A DNA stretch of 64,000 nucleotides from a virus. Taxonomy: Duplodnaviria; Caudoviricetes. How positions within the stretch are numbered: position 1 is the stretch's first letter; each line of letters starts with the position of its first letter. Made by a program: the position numbers and the translations under genes. Where the stretch lies: positions 4,485 through 68,484 of IMG/VR virus record IMGVR_UViG_2941446319_000002. One strand, given 5' to 3'. The notes beneath the pieces were generated by a model. It was given only the letters and a program-made list of their open reading frames with translations. It was not told where the DNA came from and did not search any database. Below are positions 52,427-61,477 of this stretch, in pieces.

Positions 52427-52543
52427 GTGTACTCCTCTTAGCTGGTCGGGTGTGTGGGGAATGGGGGAGCGGATGCTCCGGGCGGCCCTCCCGAAGGGGG
52501 TGGGAGAGCACCCGCAACCACCGCTGCGAAGCGATCTTTAAGG

Positions 52544-52697
52544 GGTAGCGGCCCCGAGAGAGGTAGCGGCACCGCTACCGCAGGCCGCTACCGCCTCCAT
52601 CAGGGAAAACACGCCAAGGTAGCGGGTAGCGGGAGCCCCTCACTGACGCCTCCAGATGCCCCTCAGAGGGGTTCAGAGGGGTCCGGCCGCCGCTACC
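52544..52697. repeat. clt-like locus: seven GGTAGCGG 8-mers
   Basis: ggtagcgg at 52544, 52562, 52618, 52625; ccgctacc at 52572, 52585, 52690; directly downstream of traB-like gene. Confidence 0.7.
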
Positions 52698-54810
52698 CAC
52701 GGCCGATCTCCCGCCGCTCCACAGCGGCATCCACAGCCGTCCGCTTGCATCCCTTCAACACCTGACCAGACGCCTTCACGTTCTCCGACGGGACATCCAG
52801 ACCACGCAGCAGCGCCGACAACGACTCCGCCGTCACGTCGCCATACGCCTCCGGCCGGTGCTCCGCCAGCAACTCCGCCAGCCACTGCCACGGCAGCGCC
52901 GAACGACCCGCCGGCCACACCCGCTGAACGTCCACCAGCACATCCACCCGCGGCGTCTCCTCCCGGCCAGCCCACGGAGCAACACCGCCGCGGAGCTGCA
53001 TCGCACGAGCCAGGATCTTCTTCGCTGTCTTCTCGTCCGGGAACTGCGAGCGCACAGCGGTCGGCGAGGCGAGGCCGGTCACCATCCCCCACCCGGCGTC
53101 GATCTCCGGCCGGAAGCTCGTGCCGGTGACACCCCGCTTGTACGAGCCTGTACCGAGGATCATGTCGTTCGCGATGTGGTCCTGCACCGCGAGACACCAG
53201 CGCATGTTGACGCAGCGGGTGATGCCGGGCGGCAAGCTGTCCTTGTCCGGGATCTGCGTCGCCAGGATGAAGATGATGTTGAGCGCACGGCCGCGCTTGA
53301 TGGCCCGTTCCGCGTTCGCCGCGGCCTCCTTCGATGCGCCGAACAGCTCGTGCACCTCGTCCAGGACGACGATGACGGGGTGTAGGCCGACACCGGCGGC
53401 GGCGAGCTCAGGGGTCACCTTGCCCTCCGGCGCCTGGCCTTCCGCCCGGAACTTCTTGATCAGCTTGCCGCGCTTCTCAGCCTCCGCCAGGGCCCATGCG
53501 ATGATGCGTTCGCCGTCCTCGATGGCCTCATCGTCGACACCGCACACGTACGTGGAGCACAGGCCGGCATCGTAGAAGTCGGTGAAGTCGCCCGTCCCCT
53601 TGTACTCAGCAATCTTGAACTCGACGTACGGGTCCAACGCGCCGACCAGCGCCAACGCCCGCGCGGCGTACGACTTGCCCGAGCCGGGCATGCCGCCGAT
53701 CAGCCAGTTCCGAGCGAACAAGGGTGCGGCCACGCCACGCTGCCGCTGGTCAGCGCCGAACTCGACGGGCTCGAACACGCTCGTCCGCGCTCCGTCGGCG
53801 GCGATCGACCAGCGCGGCGGCTTCATCTTCGACGCGGGCTGGTAGCCGACCCACAAGTCCACCTGCCCGGCGTGGTCAGGGCCGACCGTCGGCCACACCT
53901 GGTCGACCGGCAGCCGCAGCGCGGAGGACAGGCCCTCGCGCGCCTCGCACACCTTGACCGCCTCAACGCCGAGCGGCAGGTTGATGCGGGCCAGCTGACC
54001 AGGCCCGTCGCGGTGAATCTGCGTCGGGAACGTGATCTTCTTCGGGTCCTTCAGGCCGCTGATGCTGAGCGCGCACAGCGCCTCACGCACCTTCTCCGCC
54101 GTCAGCCGCTCGTAGCGGGTCACCGTGACGGCAGGGCTGGTCAACGGCTTGTCGACCGGCCTGCCAGCGCGGGCCAGCCCGAACAGCACGCTGCCCCAAA
54201 GCGGCACCTGCGCCCACCAAGGCAGCGTCAACCACGCCGCTACGCCGCCACCGGCCGTCGCCACGATCGCGCCGCTGGCGAGCGGCAGCCGCGACTTGAC
54301 GTTGTCCTTGCGCTTCGCCTTCAACCGCTCATACTCGTCGACGTTTCCGCTGGCGAGCACGAGCTTTCGGGCGGGCGTGGTCTCCATGTCCCAGGTCCAT
54401 CGCCACCCCTTGGCGATGAGCCGGCCGCCGCCGACGGGCGCCCACCGCAGCGCACGCCCCACGTACACCGGAGCGCGGCTGGCCTGGAATGCGACCCGGT
54501 ATCCGGCCTGGCCTGCGGCGTAGCGGGCCGCGGCCTTGATGTCCTGCTTGGAGCGCGCCCACGCGGGCACGATGGCCTGACGTTCGACGACCGCGCGGCC
54601 GGTGATGGTGGCGAACACCTGCGGCGGCTCCGGCTCGGCGGGCAGGTCGACGGGCGGGCCAGTCAAGGTCTCTTCGACGGCGACCTCCGCGTCCTGCTCC
54701 TGCGGGAGCTCGACCTCGCGGACGGCGACGTTGCCGCGCTGCTCGCCGCTGGGCTGGTCCATGGGCTCCTCTTCGGGCGGGTTGGGGACGACGTGGAATG
54801 GCCTGGTCAC
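52693..54810 (-). CDS. traB: TraB-type FtsK/SpoIIIE conjugal DNA translocase
   Basis: TM pair, GGMPGSGKS, VVLDEVHELF, ILATQ, C-terminal wHTH (HRPEAYGDVTAESLSALLR); GTGA-coupled start. Confidence 0.88.
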   Translation of the reverse strand: MTRPFHVVPNPPEEEPMDQPSGEQRGNVAVREVELPQEQDAEVAVEETLTGPPVDLPAEPEPPQVFATITGRAVVERQAIVPAWARSKQDIKAAARYAAGQAGYRVAFQASRAPVYVGRALRWAPVGGGRLIAKGWRWTWDMETTPARKLVLASGNVDEYERLKAKRKDNVKSRLPLASGAIVATAGGGVAAWLTLPWWAQVPLWGSVLFGLARAGRPVDKPLTSPAVTVTRYERLTAEKVREALCALSISGLKDPKKITFPTQIHRDGPGQLARINLPLGVEAVKVCEAREGLSSALRLPVDQVWPTVGPDHAGQVDLWVGYQPASKMKPPRWSIAADGARTSVFEPVEFGADQRQRGVAAPLFARNWLIGGMPGSGKSYAARALALVGALDPYVEFKIAEYKGTGDFTDFYDAGLCSTYVCGVDDEAIEDGERIIAWALAEAEKRGKLIKKFRAEGQAPEGKVTPELAAAGVGLHPVIVVLDEVHELFGASKEAAANAERAIKRGRALNIIFILATQIPDKDSLPPGITRCVNMRWCLAVQDHIANDMILGTGSYKRGVTGTSFRPEIDAGWGMVTGLASPTAVRSQFPDEKTAKKILARAMQLRGGVAPWAGREETPRVDVLVDVQRVWPAGRSALPWQWLAELLAEHRPEAYGDVTAESLSALLRGLDVPSENVKASGQVLKGCKRTAVDAAVERREIGRG

Positions 54811-55106
54811 GACGCCTCCATGTGGATCGCTGACGGACTGGTCATGGCCTCGACGACGACTGCGGCGAGGGTGAGTGCGGAGCCGACGGCTGCGGCGGCA
54901 TGCCAGCAGATCCGGCAGGCGTAGACGAGGACGAGCAGGGCGGCCACGATGGCTATTCGCAGCGTGCCGAGCAGGCATCCGGCCCAGCCGGCGCGGCGGG
55001 CCCGCTCCCGGTAGTCGCTGGTAGTGCGGGCGTCGGAGGTGACTGGCCGCAGGGAGAGCAGGACGAAGAACAGCAGGACGATGGCGCCGGTCAGGAAGTT
55101 CGACAT
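54807..55106 (-). CDS. Small membrane protein (Spd-like)
   Basis: 2-3 TMs, coupled to traB. Confidence 0.65.
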   Translation of the reverse strand: MSNFLTGAIVLLFFVLLSLRPVTSDARTTSDYRERARRAGWAGCLLGTLRIAIVAALLVLVYACRICWHAAAAVGSALTLAAVVVEAMTSPSAIHMEAS

Positions 55107-55567
55107 CAGGCACCTCCGGCGATGGTCAGGGCTGCGACGAACAGGAACAGGACGTGGAAGGACTGGTCGAGCGCGTAGGCGCCGGTGCCGCACGGGGCCG
55201 TCTCCGGCGTGCCGAGCTGGTAGAAGTCGGCCTTGCCGAGACGGTCGGCCAGGCGGGCGAGCGTGCTGCGCCGGTCGGCCCAAAAGTGAGTCGCCGCGTC
55301 CACCGTCAGGCCGGCGGCCAGGTATGCGGGGTGAACGTCGAGTCCGGTCACGGTGGTGAGCGCGAGCAGGGCGGCCAGCTTGACGATGGTCAGCGCGATG
55401 ACGTGGCGGGCGCACCAGATACGGCCCGCACGTCCGGGTGCACCCTTGCCGCACGCCTGCCGGTGCGTCTGCACCCAGTGGTCACCCACCTGGTGCGCGG
55501 CGTACAGGGCGCAGAACACCGCGGCGAAGACGGCCAGCTTGGTCAGCGTGTACATGTCCACGGTCAC
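55106..55567 (-). CDS. DUF3307-like membrane protein
   Basis: AHQVGDHWVQT, ATHFWADRR, YALDQSFH. Confidence 0.8.
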   Translation of the reverse strand: MTVDMYTLTKLAVFAAVFCALYAAHQVGDHWVQTHRQACGKGAPGRAGRIWCARHVIALTIVKLAALLALTTVTGLDVHPAYLAAGLTVDAATHFWADRRSTLARLADRLGKADFYQLGTPETAPCGTGAYALDQSFHVLFLFVAALTIAGGA

Positions 55568-56826
55568 GCCTTCTTTCCAGGAAGTAGCGCCCGCCGGATC
55601 CGACCGTCCATCTCGGCCTTCCACTCGCGCGCCTTCTTGGCCCCGTACTGGGGCGAGCAGTTGCCCGCGACGGCGAGTTCGGCGCCGGTCGGGATGCGGC
55701 GCTCGACCTCGACGGATGTCTTCCAGTGACGCCACATGGCGTCGGTCGCGCGGGTTTCATCCGGGGTTTCGATCTCGGTTTCGTTCGGAGTTTCATCGCC
55801 GCCCTCCGCAGGGAGATCAACAGGGCTCTCTGCGGGCTCGGGTGAAACCTTGATCTCAACCTCGTGCGTGGTTTCGTTCTCGGTTTCGGTGCGGGTTTCG
55901 TCGGCGACCTCGTCGAGGACCGCGAGCGCCGCCGACTGCGCCCGGATGAGTGCGGCCTGCGCTGCCGTCACCTCGTCGCGGGTCCGGTCGAGCAGCACGC
56001 TCGTCTCCGCCGTCGTCTCCTCCGCCTGCACGGCGAGGATCGACGCGACGGGCGACTGCTCGCCATACCGGACGGCCCAGCGCAGCGCGGTCCAGGTCTC
56101 CGACCTCCACAGCAGCCACCGCAGCGCACTGAACTTGGGGGCGCGCGGGTCGATCAGGCCCTGCTCGCGGAGGGCTTGGCGGTGCTGGTGGCGGGAGTGC
56201 ATCGCCCACAACCACGGCGAGAGGACGGACGCGCCGCCGAACATGACGGCCTGGTCGTCGAACCGCCAGTCGGGGGCGTAGTGGTAGTAGTTCAGCGCGC
56301 CCACACCGAGCGCGATGGCGTACGAGGTGACGCGCAGCCGCATCACCGAGTCACCCTCGATCAGCGCCGTGTGCGCGTGCCAGCCCACGTAGATGGCGAT
56401 CGTCTCGATGACGGCCGCGGTAGCGATGGCCTGCAGCGGCGACCAGCCGAACCCATTCGCCTCCGTGCTGGCCGAAAAGGCGGTGACCTGGCCGACGACG
56501 GCGACGACGTTGACGCCGACGATCGCGCCGACGAGGACGAAGGCGTGCCACCACTTCTGCAGGCGGGCCTGCCAGGCGGTGACGCGCTCGCTGCGGGCGG
56601 TGGCACTGCTGGTCTTGCGGGTGCGCTTACGGTCCTGGCGGAGCTGCTCGCGTTCGGCGGCCCACTCCTCGTCGCGGCGGGCCCTGTCGCGCTTGGCCTC
56701 GTCGCGGATACGGTCGGCCTCAGCGCGGGCCGCGGCGTCGGCGGCGAGCCGCTCGGCCCGGCTGGGCCGGTGCGGTGCAGGCGGCGCGGTGGCGGTCCCG
56801 TTGACGCGCTCGTGCGTGGTGGTCAT
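55564..56826 (-). CDS. DUF2637/SpdB-like multi-TM spread protein
   Basis: Coiled coil, four TMs, DPRAPKFSALRW, C-terminal HTH PTGAELA. Confidence 0.72.
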   Translation of the reverse strand: MTTTHERVNGTATAPPAPHRPSRAERLAADAAARAEADRIRDEAKRDRARRDEEWAAEREQLRQDRKRTRKTSSATARSERVTAWQARLQKWWHAFVLVGAIVGVNVVAVVGQVTAFSASTEANGFGWSPLQAIATAAVIETIAIYVGWHAHTALIEGDSVMRLRVTSYAIALGVGALNYYHYAPDWRFDDQAVMFGGASVLSPWLWAMHSRHQHRQALREQGLIDPRAPKFSALRWLLWRSETWTALRWAVRYGEQSPVASILAVQAEETTAETSVLLDRTRDEVTAAQAALIRAQSAALAVLDEVADETRTETENETTHEVEIKVSPEPAESPVDLPAEGGDETPNETEIETPDETRATDAMWRHWKTSVEVERRIPTGAELAVAGNCSPQYGAKKAREWKAEMDGRIRRALLPGKKA

Positions 56827-57152
56827 CGCTGCACGTCTCCGTTCGGGAAGGCCCGGTCGTATCCGGCGTCGAACTGCTCGCGGGTGCGGGCCAGCGGCCA
56901 GCGGCGGCGCGGGCGGCGCTGCACGGCCGCGAGCTCGCGCACGGCGGCCGCGATGTCAGCGAGGTCACCGCGCAGGCCGGTGAGGTCCTCGTGGATCGCC
57001 AGCAGGGCGTTGCCGATGCCGGCCTGCGCGTCGCGCTGCGCGGCGGCGGCACTGTCCCAGTCGTAGGCGTTCGTGGCGCGGCGGCAGTTGCCGTCGGCCG
57101 CCTTGTCGAGGAGATCGCGGGCCTGGTCGGCGCTGGTGGGTGTGGTGGTCAT
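56823..57152 (-). CDS. Hypothetical coiled-coil protein
   Basis: SD aggag; ATGA coupled. Confidence 0.7.
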   Translation of the reverse strand: MTTTPTSADQARDLLDKAADGNCRRATNAYDWDSAAAAQRDAQAGIGNALLAIHEDLTGLRGDLADIAAAVRELAAVQRRPRRRWPLARTREQFDAGYDRAFPNGDVQR

Positions 57153-57248
57153 GGCTCCTGCTTCGTGTCTGTGGGTGGGTCGGCGTTGGTGCCCGCCCCG
57201 GGCGTTGCTCCCGGGGCGCCGGCTGGTTCCGGTCGGGCTGGGCGGGTG

Positions 57249-57548
57249 TTAGGCGTTGACGAGCGTCCGGCCGCCGCTGTTCACGACGTCCTTGAACCCG
57301 GCGCCGGGGCGGAACTTCGGCGCGTGACTCTCGGCGACGTCGACGTCCTCGCCGGTGGACGGGTTCTTCGCGGTGCGGGCGGGGCGGTGGACGCGCTCGA
57401 ACTTGCCGAACCCGATGACGACGACGTCCTCGCCGGTGGCGACGGTGTCCTGGATGGTGTTGAAGACGGCGTTGACGATCTCGGCCACGTCGGCCTTGGT
57501 CTTGCCGGTGGTGGTGGCGACGGCGGCGGCGAGCTCGGTCTTGTTCAT
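57249..57548 (-). CDS. hup: HU family DNA-binding protein
   Basis: MNKTELAAAVA, IGFGKFERVHRPARTAKNPSTGE, PKFRPGAGFK. Confidence 0.95.
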   Translation of the reverse strand: MNKTELAAAVATTTGKTKADVAEIVNAVFNTIQDTVATGEDVVVIGFGKFERVHRPARTAKNPSTGEDVDVAESHAPKFRPGAGFKDVVNSGGRTLVNA

Positions 57549-57647
57549 GTGCTTCTCCTTCGTGGTGGGAGTGGAGCGGCTCCCGTGGTGTGCTCCGAGT
57601 GCCCGTCTGGGACTCGCACCCAGAGGTCTGCTGGTCGGGCTGGTGAG

Positions 57648-58652
57648 TCAGGCCGGGGTGTTCCAGCAGTCGTCGCAGTCGCGGCACTGCCAGGTGTCGG
57701 CCAGGCGTCCGTCGTCGTCGCGGTCGTAGCCGCCGTGCATGGTGTTGGCGCTGCCGCAGCTGGGGCAGATGGGGGCGACGCCGGTCATCGCTTGCCCCGT
57801 GGCTTCGGGTCGTGCTCGTCGGTGGTTTCGGTGGGGCGGGCGGACTGCCAGCGGTTGAGCCGGTCCAGGTCGCCGGTCAGGTCCTGGGCGAGGCGCTCCA
57901 TGGCCTCCTCGTGCGGGGTCATCGCTGGCCTCCGTGGTGGTCCCTGTCGGGACAGGGGACCTTGACCAAAATCCATCGCGTGGGGTCGAACTCGACCCAG
58001 TCGAGGCTGACGGTGCCCGTGCCGTCGCAGGTCGGGCAGGGGGCCGTCACCGCTTGCTGCACTTCGTGCAGCCGGGGTGGGTGCACCCGCCGCGGTCCAT
58101 GAGGGTTCGGGTGCCGACCGGGCGGGAGGCGTTGGCCTTGAGGATCTGGTCGAGCTGCTTCTGCGTGTCCTTGATCTCGGCCGGGCTCACCGGGTCGCCG
58201 CCTTACGGTCGCGCCGGTCGGCGAGGGAAACCACGTTGGCGGGCAGGGGAGGGGCGGGCATGCCCGCCAGGGGGGCGTGGCCGGCGTGGTCGAGTTCGCT
58301 GGCGGCAACCATCGACAGTCGGGTGGCCCATTCGACCAGCTGCTGCAGCGTGGCGACGGGGACGGCGATCGTGTCGGGGGTGGTGGCGGGGATGCCCGTA
58401 GACTTGGGCATAGATCTCTCCTCCTGGGTGACGGGTTGGCGGGATCAGGCGGGGCCGGGTGGCGCAATCACCTCGGCCTCGCCGCTGTTAGAGCGAGATG
58501 TTGGTGAGGAAGACGGAGAGCTGGTTGGCCCCGGCGGTAACGCCGTGGATGACGGTGTTGACGGCGTCGGCGGCGTTGGCCGGGCGGGTAAACAGGTAGA
58601 ACCCGATGAACGCGAGGACCACGTAGAGGGCCACCTTCTTGAAGCGGTTCAT
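57648..58652 (-). CDS. Six micro-genes (57648-57788, 57785-57922, 57919-58050, 58047-58190, 58187-58411, 58488-58652)
   Basis: Coupled; Zn-ribbon motifs; last is TM peptide MNRFKKVALYVVLAFIGFYLFTRP. Confidence 0.65.
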
Positions 58653-58661
58653 GATCGTCCT

Positions 58662-58868
58662 TCACTCTCCGTCCGGCTGATAGGCGGACATCTGCGCGGT
58701 CACGTCGGACTCGCGGAACCGGTACTGACCGCCTGGAGTCCGCGTCGAGGGGAAGCGGCCGGATCGCGCCCACGCGGTGACCGTACGAGGGGCCACGTTG
58801 AACACCTCCGCAACCTCCCATCGCGTGAGAAGCCGCTCCGAGGATGGCCGCGACTGAGTTCTGGGCAC
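58662..58868 (-). CDS. BldC-family / Xis-like HTH
   Basis: 68 aa; LLTRWEVAEVFNVAPRTVTAWARSGRFPSTRTPGGQYRFRESDV; SD ggagg. Confidence 0.85.
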   Translation of the reverse strand: MPRTQSRPSSERLLTRWEVAEVFNVAPRTVTAWARSGRFPSTRTPGGQYRFRESDVTAQMSAYQPDGE

Positions 58869-58945
58869 GGCGAACTACCTCCAGGGCGTGATCAAGGGAA
58901 TCGGACTTTCAGTCGTGTCTGCGCTGCTTGAGCGGACACGTACTC

Positions 58946-58996
58946 ATGCTGTCTCTGGCAATCGCATAAGTCAAGCATTGCGCGAAAAATGCTTGA
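58946..58996 (-). promoter_or_regulatory. Leftward promoter of transfer arm with overlapping palindrome
   Basis: Minus strand TTGACT-17 bp-CAGCAT; tcaagcatt-N8-aatgcttga at 58971-58996. Confidence 0.65.
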
Positions 58997-59138
58997 GATG
59001 GCGTAGGCTCAATCAAGCCAGGTTCCGCGTTCCCGCACATCAGCCCCGTCCGACGCATCAGCTCAGGCGGGGCTGATTGCTATAACCGGCGCAACTTGCG
59101 AGCATTGATGTCGGGAATGCGAACCGGAAGGACGAGAC

Positions 59139-59339
59139 ATGCACATCGATTTCCTGTGGAAAGACGACGCCTCGGGCGGCGGCGGATGCCCCGCGCTGTA
59201 CCGCACCCCCGGCGGCTACGTCGTCCAGGGCAAGAAGCTCGACCCCGAAACCCGGGCGCAACTACGCCAACTCCTTGACGACGAGGACGGCGTGTTCGTC
59301 CCCGACAACGTCCTCGACCGCCTCAAGGACCTGGCATGA
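59139..59339 (+). CDS. Small DUF397-like protein
   Basis: WKDDASGGGGCPALY..YVVQG. Confidence 0.7.
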   Translation: MHIDFLWKDDASGGGGCPALYRTPGGYVVQGKKLDPETRAQLRQLLDDEDGVFVPDNVLDRLKDLA

Positions 59340-59881
59340 CCTCAGGTCGACCGCTCACTCCAGAGGAGTTCGGGGAGGAGATCCACCAGTTCGACCGCGA
59401 CGCCTTTCGACTCGAACTCCAAGACCAGTACCTGGAAGATGAAGAGACGAGCCTCTTCGCCGCATGGCGTCGCAGCGAACCCTTCCCGCCGACCAAGATC
59501 TACCGAGCGTGGTACGACCACATCGCCGACCACGTCCGAGCAGGCCGACACGTGCAACGGGTTCGTGTCCAGCAGGACCCGCCAACCCCCTACCAGCAGT
59601 TCGAACGCTGGCTCGACCACTGGAACGTCCAGGCCGGCGAAGACATCCGCTACCTCACACGGCAGCAGGCGCACGACATCGGCCTACTGCCATCGGCAGG
59701 CAACACCGACTGGTGGCTTCTCGACTCGAACAAGCTCATCGTCATGCACTTCGACGAGCACGGCCACCGCATCCACAACGAGCTGGTCACCGACCCGCAG
59801 GTCGTGACCCAGGCGTGCACGTGGCGGGACCTGGCAGTCCACCACAGCGTCCTGGCGACAGGCCAGAACGCGCCCGTCTGA
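59336..59881 (+). CDS. DUF6879-like protein
   Basis: AFRLELQDQY, VQRVRV..PPTPYQQF, AGEDIRYL, DWWLLD. Confidence 0.82.
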   Translation: MTSGRPLTPEEFGEEIHQFDRDAFRLELQDQYLEDEETSLFAAWRRSEPFPPTKIYRAWYDHIADHVRAGRHVQRVRVQQDPPTPYQQFERWLDHWNVQAGEDIRYLTRQQAHDIGLLPSAGNTDWWLLDSNKLIVMHFDEHGHRIHNELVTDPQVVTQACTWRDLAVHHSVLATGQNAPV

Positions 59882-59898
59882 AGCAGAAGGAAAGAACC

Positions 59899-60756
59899 GT
59901 GGAATCCCTCCAGGACTGGTTGACCCAGCCCGACGGCATCGCCACCCGCCTGCGCATGCTCCGTGCGCAGGCGGGTCTGTCCGGCAAGGCGCTGGCAGAC
60001 TCCCAAAGCTGGGCGCAATCGAAGGTGTCCCGCATTGAGAGCGGCGCGCAGATGCCAAGCCCTGCCGACATTCAGGCATGGGCGGTCGCGTGCAACGTCG
60101 GCGGCGCCGAGTTGGACGAACTACTCCGCCTTGGCGACACTGCCCGGGGTATGCGGGAGGCGTTCCGATCCCGCATGGCTCGTGGTCAGGAACATGTGCA
60201 GGCTGACCACAACGACCTCACAGCCCGATCTCACCTGATTCGATACTTCGAGACTGTGTGGGTTCCCGGGTTCCTGCAGGTGCCGGACTATACGCGTCGG
60301 GTTCTCACAGAGATGACCAGCCTGCACGATCTCCAGATCGACGACGTTGACGCAGCCCTGGCCACGCGCATGCAACGTCAGCAGATGCTCTATGACCCCA
60401 GCAAGCAGTTCGAGTTCCTGATTTGCGAGCCGGTCTTGCGCTGGCTGATATGCCCGCCCGCAGTGATGCGCGAGCAGCTCGACCGGCTCCAGAGCGTCAT
60501 CGGGCTCCCGCGCATCCGCTTCGGCATCGTCCCGATGGGCGTGGAGCTGACGACGACGCCGCAGAACAGCTTTCAGATCTATGTCGGCGCAGATGGGCCT
60601 GTAGTGGCCGTCGAAACGTTCATCACCGAGACGTTCGTCCGTGGTGACGAGGCGGAAGCCTACGAGCGTGTAATGGCCAGGCTCTGGGAGCAAGCTGCGA
60701 CCGGGGATCAGGCTCGGCGGCTCATCATCGCTGCGATAGAAGCTCTCGAACCGTAA
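59899..60756 (+). CDS. XRE HTH plus DUF5753 regulator
   Basis: WAQSKVSRIESG; VPGFLQVPDY, RMQRQ, VMREQLDRL. Confidence 0.9.
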   Translation: MESLQDWLTQPDGIATRLRMLRAQAGLSGKALADSQSWAQSKVSRIESGAQMPSPADIQAWAVACNVGGAELDELLRLGDTARGMREAFRSRMARGQEHVQADHNDLTARSHLIRYFETVWVPGFLQVPDYTRRVLTEMTSLHDLQIDDVDAALATRMQRQQMLYDPSKQFEFLICEPVLRWLICPPAVMREQLDRLQSVIGLPRIRFGIVPMGVELTTTPQNSFQIYVGADGPVVAVETFITETFVRGDEAEAYERVMARLWEQAATGDQARRLIIAAIEALEP

Positions 60757-60801
60757 GACATCAACGAGCTGGCCACGGCCAGCTGAACCGAAGGAGTCAT
60801 C

Positions 60802-61161
60802 TTGCAGGAGCCTGGCCGTACCTTCCGTGAGGCGTGGATCGCCGGCGTGCACCGGCACTTCCCGGGCGAGCCGAAGCCCGGCTACGTCACACCGTGGGAG
60901 GACACCCCGGATTGGGAACGCTCGGCCGCTGCGGCGGTGGAAGAGCAGGTGCGTGCGTTCGTCGATGCTTCAGCCGGCCGGACGGCGCGGTTGACTCGGG
61001 AGCAGCGCGGCCGGTTTGTCGCGATCTGCTGGACGGCGCAGATTTTCCGGCACTTCGACGATCCGAAGCCGTCGTACGTGGCCGACTGGGCCGACTTGCC
61101 GGAGTGGCAGAGGGAGACGGACGCCGACATCTTCGACCGCATCGAGCAGGTGCCGGTGTAG
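60802..61161 (+). CDS. Hypothetical protein with internal duplication
   Basis: PKPGYVTPWEDTPDW and PKPSYVADWADLPEW; SD aaggag, TTG start. Confidence 0.75.
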   Translation: MQEPGRTFREAWIAGVHRHFPGEPKPGYVTPWEDTPDWERSAAAAVEEQVRAFVDASAGRTARLTREQRGRFVAICWTAQIFRHFDDPKPSYVADWADLPEWQRETDADIFDRIEQVPV

Positions 61162-61163
61162 GG

Positions 61164-61334
61164 GTGAGCGGCAGCAGCGAGGCGGTGGCGGCTGCCGTCA
61201 TCGTGGACTGCGGGCGGGTACTCCTCGCCCGCCGTCGCGTTCCTGCAAGCGCATCTCGTGTAGCCCGTCCGGTCTGCCCTAAAATGTCATGGTCAATTAC
61301 AAACGGTTGCTCCCACGACGCCCGCCCTGAATAG
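61164..61334 (+). pseudogene. Truncated NUDIX hydrolase N-terminus
   Basis: VAAAVIVDCGRVLLARRR then no Nudix box; shift to AT-richer DNA. Confidence 0.5.
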
Positions 61335-61477
61335 CGGAATTAGGGCAGCCAATTCTTACCTATCAGGTATAACCTGCGGATTCGCTGGGAAAACGAGCAA
61401 ATGTCACGATCCAATAACGCGCCTTGCCCCCCGCAGGAAGTAAGCGTTAGGTGACTGGAAGGCAGGAAACAGGACGA

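Noticed and set aside
54811-55113. N-terminal extension of TraB in the ORF track
   Set aside because: Overlaps a better-supported membrane ORF; coupled GTG at 54810 has SD ggagg
50482-61334. Independent AICE nested in the prophage
   Set aside because: No Rep initiator, own integrase or flanking att seen; a decayed insertion cannot be fully excluded
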